Positions 42,079 to 52,588 of a DNA stretch of 64,000 nucleotides are shown piece by piece. The notes below the pieces were generated by a model, which was not told the origin of the DNA, did no database searches, and saw only the letters and a program-made list of their open reading frames with translations. A program made the translations under genes and the position numbers. Each line of letters starts with the position of its first letter. Position 1 is the stretch's first letter. Origin of the DNA: an uncultured Chloroflexia bacterium (GTDB lineage: Bacteria; Chloroflexota; Anaerolineae; Aggregatilineales; Phototrophicaceae); contig CAVVXQ010000009.1 in assembly GCA_963752305.1 (NCBI GenBank), forward strand, positions 1,795,759 to 1,859,758, in the 5' to 3' direction.

Positions 42079-43926
42079 TTATGAACTCACATGTACCTGA
42101 TGCGCTACTGGCGAGGCGTCATAACGCAGGTTTAGTTGAGGGCGCTGCACATAAAGAAAATCTACAATGAGATCGACAGCATGTTTGAGGTCATAAAAAT
42201 ATTGACGGCGGCTTAGTCCAAGATTCTGGCAAATTACTTCAACAGCCCATTGTTCAATAAACGTATGCTTTAACAACTGATAACGGCGTGCTGCGCGCAG
42301 GTCGGAAGTCGCGGACTGCGGCAAGATGTGTTCAATGGCATCGTACAAAATTTCCCGCAGCACGTCGCTTCTTGTCGTCAGATCATTGATTTGAAGCCAG
42401 TTGGCAAGCGCACAGTGATGTAAAAAGACATCATCGTTTAAATTGCGCAGACATTCACGAACCTGTTGTGTCAACCAACCACTTTCCAACAACCAGCGAT
42501 CTTCAATGTCAGTCGCCATTTGCGTCGCCAGCAAGGCAACACTTTCCAATGCCTGTGGAGTAAAAGCGTTTATGATGGAACTTTGAACTTCGATCACACC
42601 GATTACTCGCTTGTTATGTTGGATAGGAACTGCTGCCGCAGCACGAGTAGAAGATTTCCACGACACAACAGAATCATCCTGCTCACGCTTAAGATCGTTA
42701 TGGAAGATCGTTTTCGCGGCCGAGAATGAATTCAAGGTCAACAACCCATCGGGCGATGCTCGACTGTGAGGCTCGATCAGATTGTCGGACTCTCGGTCAT
42801 GCAAATAAACGCGAATTTCGTCATAGTCAAAACGTGTCCGTATGGTGTTCATCAACTGATTGAGCGATTCGTCCAATGGCATAAATGGCTCAATCGTCGG
42901 TGGGGATAACCTTCGCACGGGAGTCGGCGTTGATTCCTGCAAACGCCGCCGCTGGACATCAATCAAAGCGGCGGTGATGATGAGCGCGCCTGTGATGGCT
43001 TCCTTCCAAAGCGGCGGAATACTGATAAGCACCAGACCATTACTGACCAGCGAAATCAATAACACGCCAGCCAACGTACCCCATACACCACCGGTACCTC
43101 CCTTCAAGCTGGTTCCACCGATGATGACGGCAGCAATCGACAACATTTCATAGTTCTCCCCACTATGAAATGTACCACCGGCTATCCGCGCCAGTAAAAA
43201 CAACCCGGCCAATCCGCCAAGAAAACCGCTGATCGCATAGATGATTTGCAGGCTACGTTCCACATCAACGCCACTTAACCGAGTGACCGTCTCATTATTG
43301 CCTATAGCATAGGTATAGCGTCCAAGCCGGGTATTCCGTAACATAAACGCACCCAGGATGAACAATAATGCCATCACCAGCGCTGGTATGGGAATAATGC
43401 CAAACGCATTGTTCCATAACCAATCAAAATCATTGGTTCGCAGATTGATAGCCGAGCCGTTAGAAATTACCTGGGCAAGTCCGCGCAGCAAACTCAGTGA
43501 GCCGAAAGTGACAATAAACGGGGCAAGTTTAAAGCGCGTGATAAAAACGCCATGCAGCCAACCAATCCCGGTGGCAATAAACAGGCCAACAGCAGCAGCT
43601 ATCCAGGGATTCACATGCCCCAGGCCATTACCCAGATTGGTCGTGGTCAGATAAGCGATAATCACTCCGGTGAGCGCCATCATTGAGCCGATGGATAAAT
43701 CGACGCCGCCCGTCAGGATAACGAGTGTCTGCCCAATACTGACAATACCGACAGTCGCCATCGTGATTGCCAGAATTTGCAGGTTGCCAACAATCCCAAA
43801 TTGCAGGGCTTTGGTGACAAAGATGAGCAACAGAATGGTCAGCGTAAAAACCACGATTAAATCGCGCGGGTGAATCTGAGCCGAGCGCAGTTCTCGTTTG
43901 TTTACGTTGAGATTTCGGCTATTCAT
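42079..43926 (-). CDS. RbsC-like ABC permease fused to GAF domain and C-terminal HTH DNA-binding domain
   Basis: GGVDLS, PFIVT, IGNN..RLSGV, IIGGTSL.GG.G permease motifs; AVPI...RVIGVIEVQS...AFT GAF motif; EVICQNLGLSRRQYFYDLKHA helix-turn-helix; single uninterrupted frame. Confidence 0.85.
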   Translation of the reverse strand: MNSRNLNVNKRELRSAQIHPRDLIVVFTLTILLLIFVTKALQFGIVGNLQILAITMATVGIVSIGQTLVILTGGVDLSIGSMMALTGVIIAYLTTTNLGNGLGHVNPWIAAAVGLFIATGIGWLHGVFITRFKLAPFIVTFGSLSLLRGLAQVISNGSAINLRTNDFDWLWNNAFGIIPIPALVMALLFILGAFMLRNTRLGRYTYAIGNNETVTRLSGVDVERSLQIIYAISGFLGGLAGLFLLARIAGGTFHSGENYEMLSIAAVIIGGTSLKGGTGGVWGTLAGVLLISLVSNGLVLISIPPLWKEAITGALIITAALIDVQRRRLQESTPTPVRRLSPPTIEPFMPLDESLNQLMNTIRTRFDYDEIRVYLHDRESDNLIEPHSRASPDGLLTLNSFSAAKTIFHNDLKREQDDSVVSWKSSTRAAAAVPIQHNKRVIGVIEVQSSIINAFTPQALESVALLATQMATDIEDRWLLESGWLTQQVRECLRNLNDDVFLHHCALANWLQINDLTTRSDVLREILYDAIEHILPQSATSDLRAARRYQLLKHTFIEQWAVEVICQNLGLSRRQYFYDLKHAVDLIVDFLYVQRPQLNLRYDASPVAHQVHVSS

Positions 43927-45405
43927 TAGCCTCTCCCATTGCGTAATACAGCAGCGATTCCTCGGTGATTTGATTTCGTTCAAGTGACTGAATGAGATGA
44001 CCCGAACGCATGACCAGTGCGCGGTCACATAATCCGACAATTTCTGTCAACTCCGAACTAATCACCAGGATGGCGCTGCCCTGGCTGGCAAGCTCACCTA
44101 GCAAACGATAAATCTCAATTTTTGTTCCAATATCAATACCCTTTGTGGGTTCATCAAAAATCAGAATACGCGGGTGTACCGCTAACCAACGAGAAAGGAT
44201 AATTTTTTGTTGTGTCCCGCCGGAAAGATAGCGGGCTTTAGCCTCCGGATTAGGAATTTTGATTTGCAATTTTTCCATATAACGTTTAACCAACTGATGC
44301 TCTGCCTGCTGGCTGATGAGCGAGCCAGCCTTCCCCAGTTGGGTGAGTGTGATATTCTCCCGCGCGGTCATATCCAAAAGCATGGCCTGTTCCTGGCGAT
44401 TTTCGGGTAACAGCCCAATGCCAGCCGCAACCGCATCACGCGGCGATTGGATGGAAACGGGTTTCCCATCAATGAAAATAACGCCACTGTCAGGTGTATC
44501 CAGACCGAAAATACTGCGTACCAGAGCGGTACGTCCCGAACCGACCAATCCGGCAAGTCCAACAATTTCACCCGCACGCAGTTCAAAGGACACATCTTCA
44601 AAAGTTGGATGGCGGGTTAATCCTTCTACCCGTAATACTTCAGCGCCGGGAAGGCCGGGGCTGCGTGTAACATTTCGGGTTAGGGTTTTGCCAAGCATCA
44701 ACTGGATTAAATGGTTGGTGGTAACAGCCGCCGAGTTAATCGTCGCCATCCGGCGTCCATCCCGCAGCACGGTCACACGATCTGCAATTTCGAGTATCTC
44801 GGCGGAGCGATGGCTGATATAGATGACACCGATACCACTCACGGTCACACGCCGGATAATCTCAAACAGCGTCCTCACTTCACGATCCGAGAGAGCGGCG
44901 GTGGGTTCATCCATCAACAGCAGTTTGGGACGAACGTATAAAGTTTTTGCGAACCCAATCATTTGCTGCTCTGCCACACTCAGTTTGGAAACCTTTGCAT
45001 CTGGATCGATTTTCATATCGAGCATTCGCAGTATTTCCTGCGTCTGACTGCGCATTTTCCGCCAGTCAATGAATGGCAAATACCGTTTTTGTGGCTCAGA
45101 ACCCAGAAAAATATTTTCGGCGACGGTGGATTCAGTCAATAAATTAAATTCCTGATAAAGTGTGTGAATTCCGGCAAGTTTAAAGTCCTGGGAGAGTTGA
45201 AAAAAACTGGCTTGCCTTCAAAGTAAATGCTGCCGTCGTCGGGTTGATATACGCCACCGATGAGTTTAATGAGTGTGGATTTGCCCGCGCCGTTTTCGCC
45301 AACAAGAGCATGAACCTCACCCGCCTGAACACCAAAATCGACTTGATAAAGGGCTTGCACGCCAGGGAAAGATTTCGATACGCCGCGTACTTCCAAGAGT
45401 GTCAT
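43919..45405 (-). CDS. RbsA-like twin-NBD ABC ATPase (frameshifted near 45140-45200)
   Basis: GENGAGKST in ORF 45136-45405; [33 protein letters not shown] in ORF 43919-45139. Confidence 0.88.
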
Positions 45406-45558
45406 CGGTATTCATCCTGATAACCTCAATAGTCATCATTTTAACCAGATTATGTGATTCCTGTCTAATAGGCTGCCTTTCGCCGCCGCATGGTCGCCCG
45501 ACAATATTGTGATAAATGACTAACATTGTGGGTTTATGGCACAGCCTGGAACGGTGCC

Positions 45559-46665
45559 CTATGGCGCTCCTGATGGCAGTCCATTATCCATCTCTGGCGA
45601 ACCAGCAACCGGGGAAGTCCAGGTTTCACCAGCGACATAGGCGTCCAGATTGGATGCATCAACCACAACCGACGGAGTTAGAATAAATTGGGGGACTGCC
45701 TCACCATGAAATACTTTGTTCATGGTATCTATGACGGTCTGCCCCATGCGCATGGGGTCAACCCCCAGCGTGGCGGTGTATCGACCTTCCCGAATCAAAT
45801 CCAGGGTGGGGCTGTTTCCATCAATCGAAAGCACAAAGAAATCTTTGTTGATCTGCAATCCCAATTGTTCGGCAGCCAATGCCGCCCCAATTCCCATTTC
45901 ATCGCTGTTGCTATAGAACACGTCAATGTCGGGGGTACGCTGCAACGCGGCAGTGGCGACATTCGCGCCCATCTCACGATCCCATTCAGCAGTTTGCTCG
46001 CCAACCACCTCTACATCTGGGCACATGGACAATCCCGCGATGTAACCCTGCGTACGACGATGGGTATGAAAGCCTTCAATACCCAGCAAGATATAGACCT
46101 TGCCCTTCGCCTGTTCAGGGGTCGTGCCGTCCTTTTGCGCCAACACCTGACAGGTATATTCGCCAAGCTGCGCCGCGCCCTGCCACTGGTCGTAACCGAT
46201 GTAAGCTGTCACATGCCCATCTGGGAGCGGAGTCAATGAGTTGTGTATGAAAACCAGGACATTCCGGGCATTGGCGGCTTTCACCACTGGGACAATTGCT
46301 TCGGCCTGCAGCGAGTTGATGCTGACCGCTTCAATGCCCATTTCCAAAAGCTGTTGAATGATGGTGATCTGACCATCAAAGTCACTTTCGCTGCTAGTCG
46401 TCTGTACCTCAACCTTCCAGCCCAAACTTGCCCCATCGGTTCTGGCAGCATCAGAAATTGCCACATGAAAAGGACTGGTCATGCCAGGGGGAACAATGGC
46501 GACATAGTGAAAGTTCCCGTTAGCGACGGCCTGCAGTACAGCAGTTTCGGGCGACGGAGCGGCCTGAGAGGCAATCAACCACACAAAAATGACCAGAATA
46601 GTTATGAGAATAATTGTGCTTGTCGATAAAATACGTAATTTGCGCTGCACCCCCGAGTCCTCCAA
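45559..46665 (-). CDS. RbsB-like sugar-binding protein with N-terminal membrane anchor
   Basis: N-terminal [33 protein letters not shown]. Confidence 0.88.
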   Translation of the reverse strand: MEDSGVQRKLRILSTSTIILITILVIFVWLIASQAAPSPETAVLQAVANGNFHYVAIVPPGMTSPFHVAISDAARTDGASLGWKVEVQTTSSESDFDGQITIIQQLLEMGIEAVSINSLQAEAIVPVVKAANARNVLVFIHNSLTPLPDGHVTAYIGYDQWQGAAQLGEYTCQVLAQKDGTTPEQAKGKVYILLGIEGFHTHRRTQGYIAGLSMCPDVEVVGEQTAEWDREMGANVATAALQRTPDIDVFYSNSDEMGIGAALAAEQLGLQINKDFFVLSIDGNSPTLDLIREGRYTATLGVDPMRMGQTVIDTMNKVFHGEAVPQFILTPSVVVDASNLDAYVAGETWTSPVAGSPEMDNGLPSGAP

Positions 46666-46852
46666 AAGTATTTTTTGTGGGATAGCAGAATTTTATCCCC
46701 TTCTTTAGGCGATAGACAACAACCGTCCTCCCCGAACAACATGTGAGACATTCATTCCGATTTCATCTCTGGATACTCGCCCTCGTTTTTCTTTACCCTT
46801 ACAATAGTCACATGAATACATTTCGCAATCAGGAACAACCTGTGGTGGTCTA

Positions 46853-47043
46853 ATGCTTGCAACCATTCATGCGTGCGCCCTCGTTGGCATTGAAGGTTCT
46901 ATTGTTGACGTCGAAGTTGATTTCAATCCCCGCGCAGGCATCCCTGCATTTACGATTGTCGGCTTGCCGGACACGGCTGTTAAAGAGAGCCGGGAGCGCG
47001 TTCGGGCGGCTATCAAGAACAGCCATTTGAGTTTTCCGAACAA
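46853..47043 (+). pseudogene. comM: 5' fragment of comM/YifB left by element integration (attL side)
   Basis: MLATIHACALVGIEG.IVDVEVD...[26 protein letters not shown], then homology stops. Confidence 0.88.
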
Positions 47044-49274
47044 GGTTCAACCTGTACAGTTAATGGTGCCTCTGCCAATTCATGATCTCCTTGAGCCGTA
47101 TCAGCGTTCTGCTGTTGCACATACTCCACATAGGTCAACCGTTGATTGATGCCACCCCCAATGCGTGGGACACGAGTTCCTTTACCAAACAGTTCCTTGA
47201 TTCGGGACTGAATTTGTATCCAGCGTCGGTAGGGAAATTCTTGCATAATCTCTAACTGTGATGCTTGACGCTCTACCATTGCTCGAAGAATCGCAAGTTC
47301 TTCGTCGCGCCAGTAGGAACCACTTGCCTTCCCTTTTCTGCCCCCACTTGCGACATAGTCATTGTAGGTTTCATGCTTTCCAAGCCAGCTTGGGGTAAAC
47401 CGTACCAGTCCTCGGTGTTTGCGTATTTCAGCGCTAATTTGACACCATTGCAGTGTAGGAAAAACCTCCGCAATGTCAAGTTGAGATGCCCCAGAATCAA
47501 GCAGGCTCAGTAGGCGTAGGACATGTTCATGAGTCCACCGTTCCCCATGCGGCTTATGCCAGAGGGAAATCTCATCCGAACTTCCATCTTTCCACCGCAC
47601 TGTGAGCGTCATATCACCTGCGCGCGAGTAATCCGAGGCCTCAATACGTTGGATAAAGAGATTGAGAATATTCTTGCGTTCATCTTGGCTCATCCGATCC
47701 CACTCTAAAACCGCGTGTTCAAATAGGGCGTGTGCTTGTTCCAACGATACGTGCTTCTGGCGTTTGACATCCAGCGTAGCCAACTCTTTTTCCAGGCGTT
47801 GCTTCTCCTGTTCCATTCGGGTATAGCGCTGCTCAACCTCTTGAATTAAGGTAGGATGTGTCAAGGTTTTGAGGCTTATCACGAGGTTTTGCATTTCATC
47901 GCTGAGCGAGCCAAGCTGCAAGCGCTTCAATTTGCGCTCACGCTCCATGGCCTGCTGCGTCTCATCAATCGCCTGCTTCCAGGCACTGGTATCGAGTGTC
48001 GCCAGGAGTTTTTGCTTAAAGCAACCCACGACTGCCTCATCCACCCAGGCGCTGCGCCGCGCCCACAGGGTCACCGTTCCCTCGAGCTCTGGACGACGTT
48101 GTACATAGAGGTAACACCCTTCCCGCTTCGGATACATGTATCCTGCCCGATACCATTTGTGGTTTGTGCGGGTATAGATCAGGCCGGTGAGGAGCGGCGG
48201 CTCTGCACGGCGCGAGACCTCCCTAGGCTGACGAACATAGGGATAGGCGGGCTGATAGTTGTCGTTTTCTTCACCCGTCAACGTGTATGGAGACAGCATG
48301 TTAAAGACCGCAAAGAACGTGTCGAGATCAACGATCGGGGCATGGTTGTTCCAGCACTGCACAACTCCTTTGTAACACCAGTGTCCGACATAAACGGGAT
48401 TGGTGAGAAGGCAAATGAAGTTTTGGCGTGTAAGAAAGCTCCCCTCGCCGCGATTGCGTAGGTGATAGACGGTTTTGAAACCGTCGGGTGGCGGAAGATT
48501 TGGATAGGGAAAACTCAGTCCCAAGTCTCGAATTTGGTACATCGTCCTGCGAATTGCGCCACCATTCTCTCGCAACAGTCGGAAGTACTCGCGTACGATT
48601 TGCGCGTATGGTTCAAAGGGTACGAACTTGCGCCAGTTGGGGTTGTCGTCTCCGGTAGGGAGTTGTTTTCGCATATCTACCATGTATCCTACCGGCATGT
48701 GTGCCCCGGCCCACTTGCCTTCCAACAACAAACGCCTACGGGCAGGTGCGAGCCGACCCAAAACGTAGCTGTTGAGATACTCGGCGGCCATGTCGCATTT
48801 GAAGCGAAACTGTCGGGCGTGGAATTCACCGTGTTGGGGATGGGCAAAATCGTAGGTAAAAAATGGGGTAATGACGCAAACTTGCGATTTGCGACAGGTA
48901 TCAATGAAGATGTTGACTTGAATCTGGGTCATGTCCCGAAACAAGCGATCTTCATCCTGACAAGCAACCGCCGCGATTTTGTGATCCGCAATCAGCTCAA
49001 ACAGGTAGCTCATACCCTTGCGTTCATCAATGCGCTTCGTGCCACTCACCCCTTCGTCATCATCAATCAAGATGATCTTCTCTTTCTCCCAACCGCGCCG
49101 TTCCAGTTCCTCCACCATGTCAATGGTTTGGATACTCGTAGAGATGTTACCTACTTGCGCGGTCGTGGATTGGCGATAGTACACGGCTATAGGTTCTTGC
49201 GTGAGTTGTTGCTCGGAGCGTAATGCTTTATGCCCGCCGTTATTCTCCCGGCGAAATGTGCGTTTCTTACTCAT
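47013..49274 (-). CDS. Large serine recombinase (integrase) with C-terminal Myb/SANT-like repeats
   Basis: VYYRQST catalytic Ser, GVSG..R, DRLFR, PVGY, LTNPVYVG, H.PIVD, LLTGLI, coiled coil, ILNLFIQRI. Confidence 0.9.
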   Translation of the reverse strand: MSKKRTFRRENNGGHKALRSEQQLTQEPIAVYYRQSTTAQVGNISTSIQTIDMVEELERRGWEKEKIILIDDDEGVSGTKRIDERKGMSYLFELIADHKIAAVACQDEDRLFRDMTQIQVNIFIDTCRKSQVCVITPFFTYDFAHPQHGEFHARQFRFKCDMAAEYLNSYVLGRLAPARRRLLLEGKWAGAHMPVGYMVDMRKQLPTGDDNPNWRKFVPFEPYAQIVREYFRLLRENGGAIRRTMYQIRDLGLSFPYPNLPPPDGFKTVYHLRNRGEGSFLTRQNFICLLTNPVYVGHWCYKGVVQCWNNHAPIVDLDTFFAVFNMLSPYTLTGEENDNYQPAYPYVRQPREVSRRAEPPLLTGLIYTRTNHKWYRAGYMYPKREGCYLYVQRRPELEGTVTLWARRSAWVDEAVVGCFKQKLLATLDTSAWKQAIDETQQAMERERKLKRLQLGSLSDEMQNLVISLKTLTHPTLIQEVEQRYTRMEQEKQRLEKELATLDVKRQKHVSLEQAHALFEHAVLEWDRMSQDERKNILNLFIQRIEASDYSRAGDMTLTVRWKDGSSDEISLWHKPHGERWTHEHVLRLLSLLDSGASQLDIAEVFPTLQWCQISAEIRKHRGLVRFTPSWLGKHETYNDYVASGGRKGKASGSYWRDEELAILRAMVERQASQLEIMQEFPYRRWIQIQSRIKELFGKGTRVPRIGGGINQRLTYVEYVQQQNADTAQGDHELAEAPLTVQVEPCSENSNGCS

Positions 49275-49405
49275 CTGCTACCTCCTCTACCGGTTCTCTA
49301 CACTCTAGTGCGTGGGGATGCTGGCGCAGATACGCCTTCAGTGTAGGTCTTCAAACCAAATCGGACAGGAGAGGTCAGAAAATAAGGGAGACATCTCCAG
49401 TATTT

Positions 49406-50407
49406 TTACCCTGAATAGAGTCCAGCTTGCAAATACTGCTCACGGCGGTGTTGAAGGGTCTGTTGCTTAATCCTTTCTCGCTGGGTTGTCACCTGCGTAT
49501 AGCGTCCAAAGAACATATCGGCTGGGGTCACGTTGTTCAGCGCTTCATGATAGCGCTGGTGGTTGTAGTAGCGCACGAAACTGGCAATGGCCTGTTCCAG
49601 TTCGGATGGCGAATAGTACAGGTCGAGTTTGACAAGCGACTTCATCGAGCGATGGTAGCGCTCGATCTTGCCCTGGGTCTGGGGATGGTAGGGTGCGCCG
49701 CGAATGTGATCCATCTGGTAGTGCTTGAGATACTTTTTCAGCGCATCGGAGACAAAAGCGGGGCCATTATCCGACAGCAGCCGGGGGCGATGGCGAACTT
49801 TGATGTGCTGGACACCTGTTTTTGCCACCGCAATGTTGAGGGTTTCCTCGACATCGGTGCTGCCCATGGTGGCAGCCAGTCTCCAGGCGAGGATGTAGCG
49901 CGAATAGTCGTCCAGCACGGTGCAGAGATAGTAATAGCCCCAATCGACGACCTTGAACTGGGTGAAGTCGGTCTGCCACAGTTCGTTGACCCGTTTGGTC
50001 GGTTGGTCGAATTGATCCTTGGCGCTCACGATCTGAAACACCGGACTGGTGACCAGATCATAGCCCTTCAGGATGCGATACACGCTCAATTCGCTGATGA
50101 AATAACCCTGGGTGTCGGTCAGATGCCAGGCTAACTGGCGCGGTGACAGCTCGGTTTTCTCCAGCGCCACATCCACCACCTGCTCACGCACACTGCCGGG
50201 AATGTGATTCCAGAACTGCTGTCGCTGGGGCTGCCGATCCGCCAGACCGTCGTAACCCGCCTCGGCATAGCGCCGATACCAGTCGTAGAAGGTACTGCGT
50301 GGCACCTCCAGTTCCGCCAGGGTTTGCTTGACCGGTAGGTCGGATGTCTCCACCAGACGGATAATCTCCATCTTCTCAGCCTGCGAATAACGCGTCATGC
50401 GTCCCAC
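49406..50407 (-). CDS. IS3-family transposase OrfB (DDE integrase core)
   Basis: WQTDFT, LDDYSR, SDNG, PQTQGKIER, YN..R.H. Confidence 0.93.
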   Translation of the reverse strand: MGRMTRYSQAEKMEIIRLVETSDLPVKQTLAELEVPRSTFYDWYRRYAEAGYDGLADRQPQRQQFWNHIPGSVREQVVDVALEKTELSPRQLAWHLTDTQGYFISELSVYRILKGYDLVTSPVFQIVSAKDQFDQPTKRVNELWQTDFTQFKVVDWGYYYLCTVLDDYSRYILAWRLAATMGSTDVEETLNIAVAKTGVQHIKVRHRPRLLSDNGPAFVSDALKKYLKHYQMDHIRGAPYHPQTQGKIERYHRSMKSLVKLDLYYSPSELEQAIASFVRYYNHQRYHEALNNVTPADMFFGRYTQVTTQRERIKQQTLQHRREQYLQAGLYSG

Positions 50408-50757
50408 TCGTTCTCCAAACCGGTCAGACTTTTTTTCAGCACCCGGTTCTTCAGCGCTAACTCGGCCACCAACTGCTTGAGTTGGGCGTTCTCTTCCCGC
50501 AGCTCATCCACATCGTCACTGTTGGCTTGACGCTTCGTGTCGCCCGCTAAGCGTGACTTGCCCGCCTCCAGAAATTCTTTGCTCCATTTGTAGTAAAGGC
50601 TCTGCGCGATCCCTTCCCGGCGGCATACTTCAGCGATGGTTTCTTCCCCGCGCAAGCCTTCTAGCACGATGCGGATCTTCTCCTCCGCGCTATGCTGTCG
50701 TCGGGTCTGGCGACGGATGTCCTTCACGGTTACTTCGGCGGATACTTTCTTGCCCAT
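50395..50757 (-). CDS. IS3-family transposase OrfA (HTH + leucine zipper)
   Basis: SAEEKIRIV, IAEVCRREGI..YYKW, LREEN..LK, LKK. Confidence 0.92.
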   Translation of the reverse strand: MGKKVSAEVTVKDIRRQTRRQHSAEEKIRIVLEGLRGEETIAEVCRREGIAQSLYYKWSKEFLEAGKSRLAGDTKRQANSDDVDELREENAQLKQLVAELALKNRVLKKSLTGLENEWDA

Positions 50758-50844
50758 TTGCTTTCTCCTTTATGGTCTCCAATGGGTGGAAAGTCTCCTT
50801 TATTTTAGCCTATCTCCGTGTCTGAGTGGGTCTGAAACGGAACA

Positions 50845-51014
50845 CTGCCACTTGTAGATCAGGCTCGGCGTAATGTCTAAATCGCGCTCAATCTTGCTGA
50901 CACTCCGCCCTCCCGCTTCCACCATTGCCAGCACTTCTTGTAGTTTCCCCTTTCCTGCTCCTTGCCTTCAGTCTAACGGACATTTCTGCTCCCCGCTAAA
51001 CTGGGGTAAGACCA
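50845..51014 (-). mobile_element. Truncated remnant of a second IS3-family element (left end + start of orfA)
   Basis: TGGTCTTACCCCAG... terminus at 51014; residual RSVSKIERDLDITPSLIYKWQ HTH cut by the intact IS. Confidence 0.6.
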
Positions 51015-51392
51015 TCGTTTTCGGCATTTCCGGGTCCAATAAAAATCGCCTAGCAATTCTGACCTTAAGTAATCAGATACTGGTCTCGACGTTCCATTTA
51101 ACTACCACTTGTAGTAGAAAATTCGTGGGTGCGTTACAAACTACATCGGGTGGATGCCACTATACATCAGGCATACTTTACATTTGTCGGGTTTATTGTA
51201 ACTATTTATATGTGGACGGTTCTTTCCACTTTTCTTTCGGACACCTAGCAAAGTGGTGCAACTTGGTGCTGGCTACCTGAGTGCGGCTTTTCCCTTTTCG
51301 AGCCAGCGAAAAAAGGAGAAGTCAAAGGACGTTCCATCACATATAAACGGGCTGCCAGAGCGGTAGTCCGTTTTCAAACATGCTACTAAACA

Positions 51393-52299
51393 TCAATTAA
51401 GAGGCTGGGTCCGTTCTTCTCCGGCCACTGACCAGATTGGATGATTCAAAATCGTTTTTTGTGACAGGTGGGAATGGACTGCAAACCAAAACCGCCGCTT
51501 CCCTCCTACACTTTCGGTGGCTCCTTTGAGAACTCTCTAATCGCCGCTCACCACCGGTGACTGTGAGGACGCGCATACTCTTACTATGGAAGCGCTGCTC
51601 GTATCGCCCAGTTGCATAATAGGACGCATAGGCTAACACCTTTGTCTTAAAAACCCGGAGCGTTTCTGTGCCTCGATCCAGTTCCAAAAAGAAATGTGCG
51701 TACCCATTGGGTGTTTTGAGAATAAAGTAACTATCAGGAATGAGAGACACGAGATGTGTTCTACCCGATGGCGTACGAATGGGGACACGATCGTAGCTCG
51801 CCTTCAGTTCCGTTTCATTTACCCACTTGAGAAGTTCATATCCTGCCGCTTCTGCCGCTTTGGTGAAAGTAAGGCGTATATCATTGATCGCTAATGTGTG
51901 TTCCAAAAACTCCTGCTTAAGCTCCTTGCTGCTGGAATACCACACCAGATCATCAAGGTTATACTCCGTACGCAACAATTCTGCCCCCCTGCGATCAAGC
52001 ACATAGAGGGTCGGGCTGTTCCATCCTCGTGTCGACAGGAATTTGCGTTCCAGAAATCCATGATCGTAGAGCCGTACCAAGACACGCTGCATGACACTGC
52101 GGCTACGGTCAAATAGTGTTTCAAGCTGATCCTGCCGCAGAACGCGATGGGTATAAATGGTGTAAATGATTGCCTTATCCCGCTCGGTCAGTCTCATGTT
52201 CGGGGGGTGGTTGACCCGGCGGTCAGAGCGCCTCCGTTTCGGTATCGTTGTATTCATCTCTTTGTCCCCTGAACTTTGGTGTTCATGATCTATTCGCAT
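51393..52299 (-). CDS. Replication-relaxation family protein (wHTH + PD-(D/E)XK-like relaxase; frameshift near 51530)
   Basis: LTERD..I, HTLAI, IPDSYF...FFLELDRGTE...K...Y; alternative frame ends RFWF...PIW..stop at 51393. Confidence 0.82.
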
Positions 52300-52588
52300 A
52301 TTCCATGCCCATGCATTACGCTCGTGTAGCTCAAGTATACCGCCGCATAAGTCGTTGGTGATGAATACTTATGAGCAGGCGAGCAACTCTATGCGGTGAC
52401 ATTCTCTCGCAAATACATCGACACAATAACTGGACTGTCATGATTTCAAATTGTCGCACGCATAGGTATGTATCAGATGGATCACAGGCGATAAATATGT
52501 CGTCCACCTTCGCTGGCCCTTGAGAGATGATGGGGATGATACAAACATAGTATATACGATGCATCACCCCCTCTCCCGTCGGACAGAA

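Larger units (their letters stand above)
49342..50844 (-). mobile_element. IS3-family insertion sequence
   Basis: TG...CA ends with imperfect IRs (TGTAGGTCTTCAAACC...AAAATAAGGGAGAC / TGTTCCGTTTCAGACC...AAAATAAAGGAGAC); orfA + orfB; A7G slippery site near 50430. Confidence 0.9.

Noticed and set aside
50873-51280. 135-aa plus-strand ORF in the element
   Set aside because: Overlaps the IS remnant on the opposite strand, with no RBS or recognisable motif.
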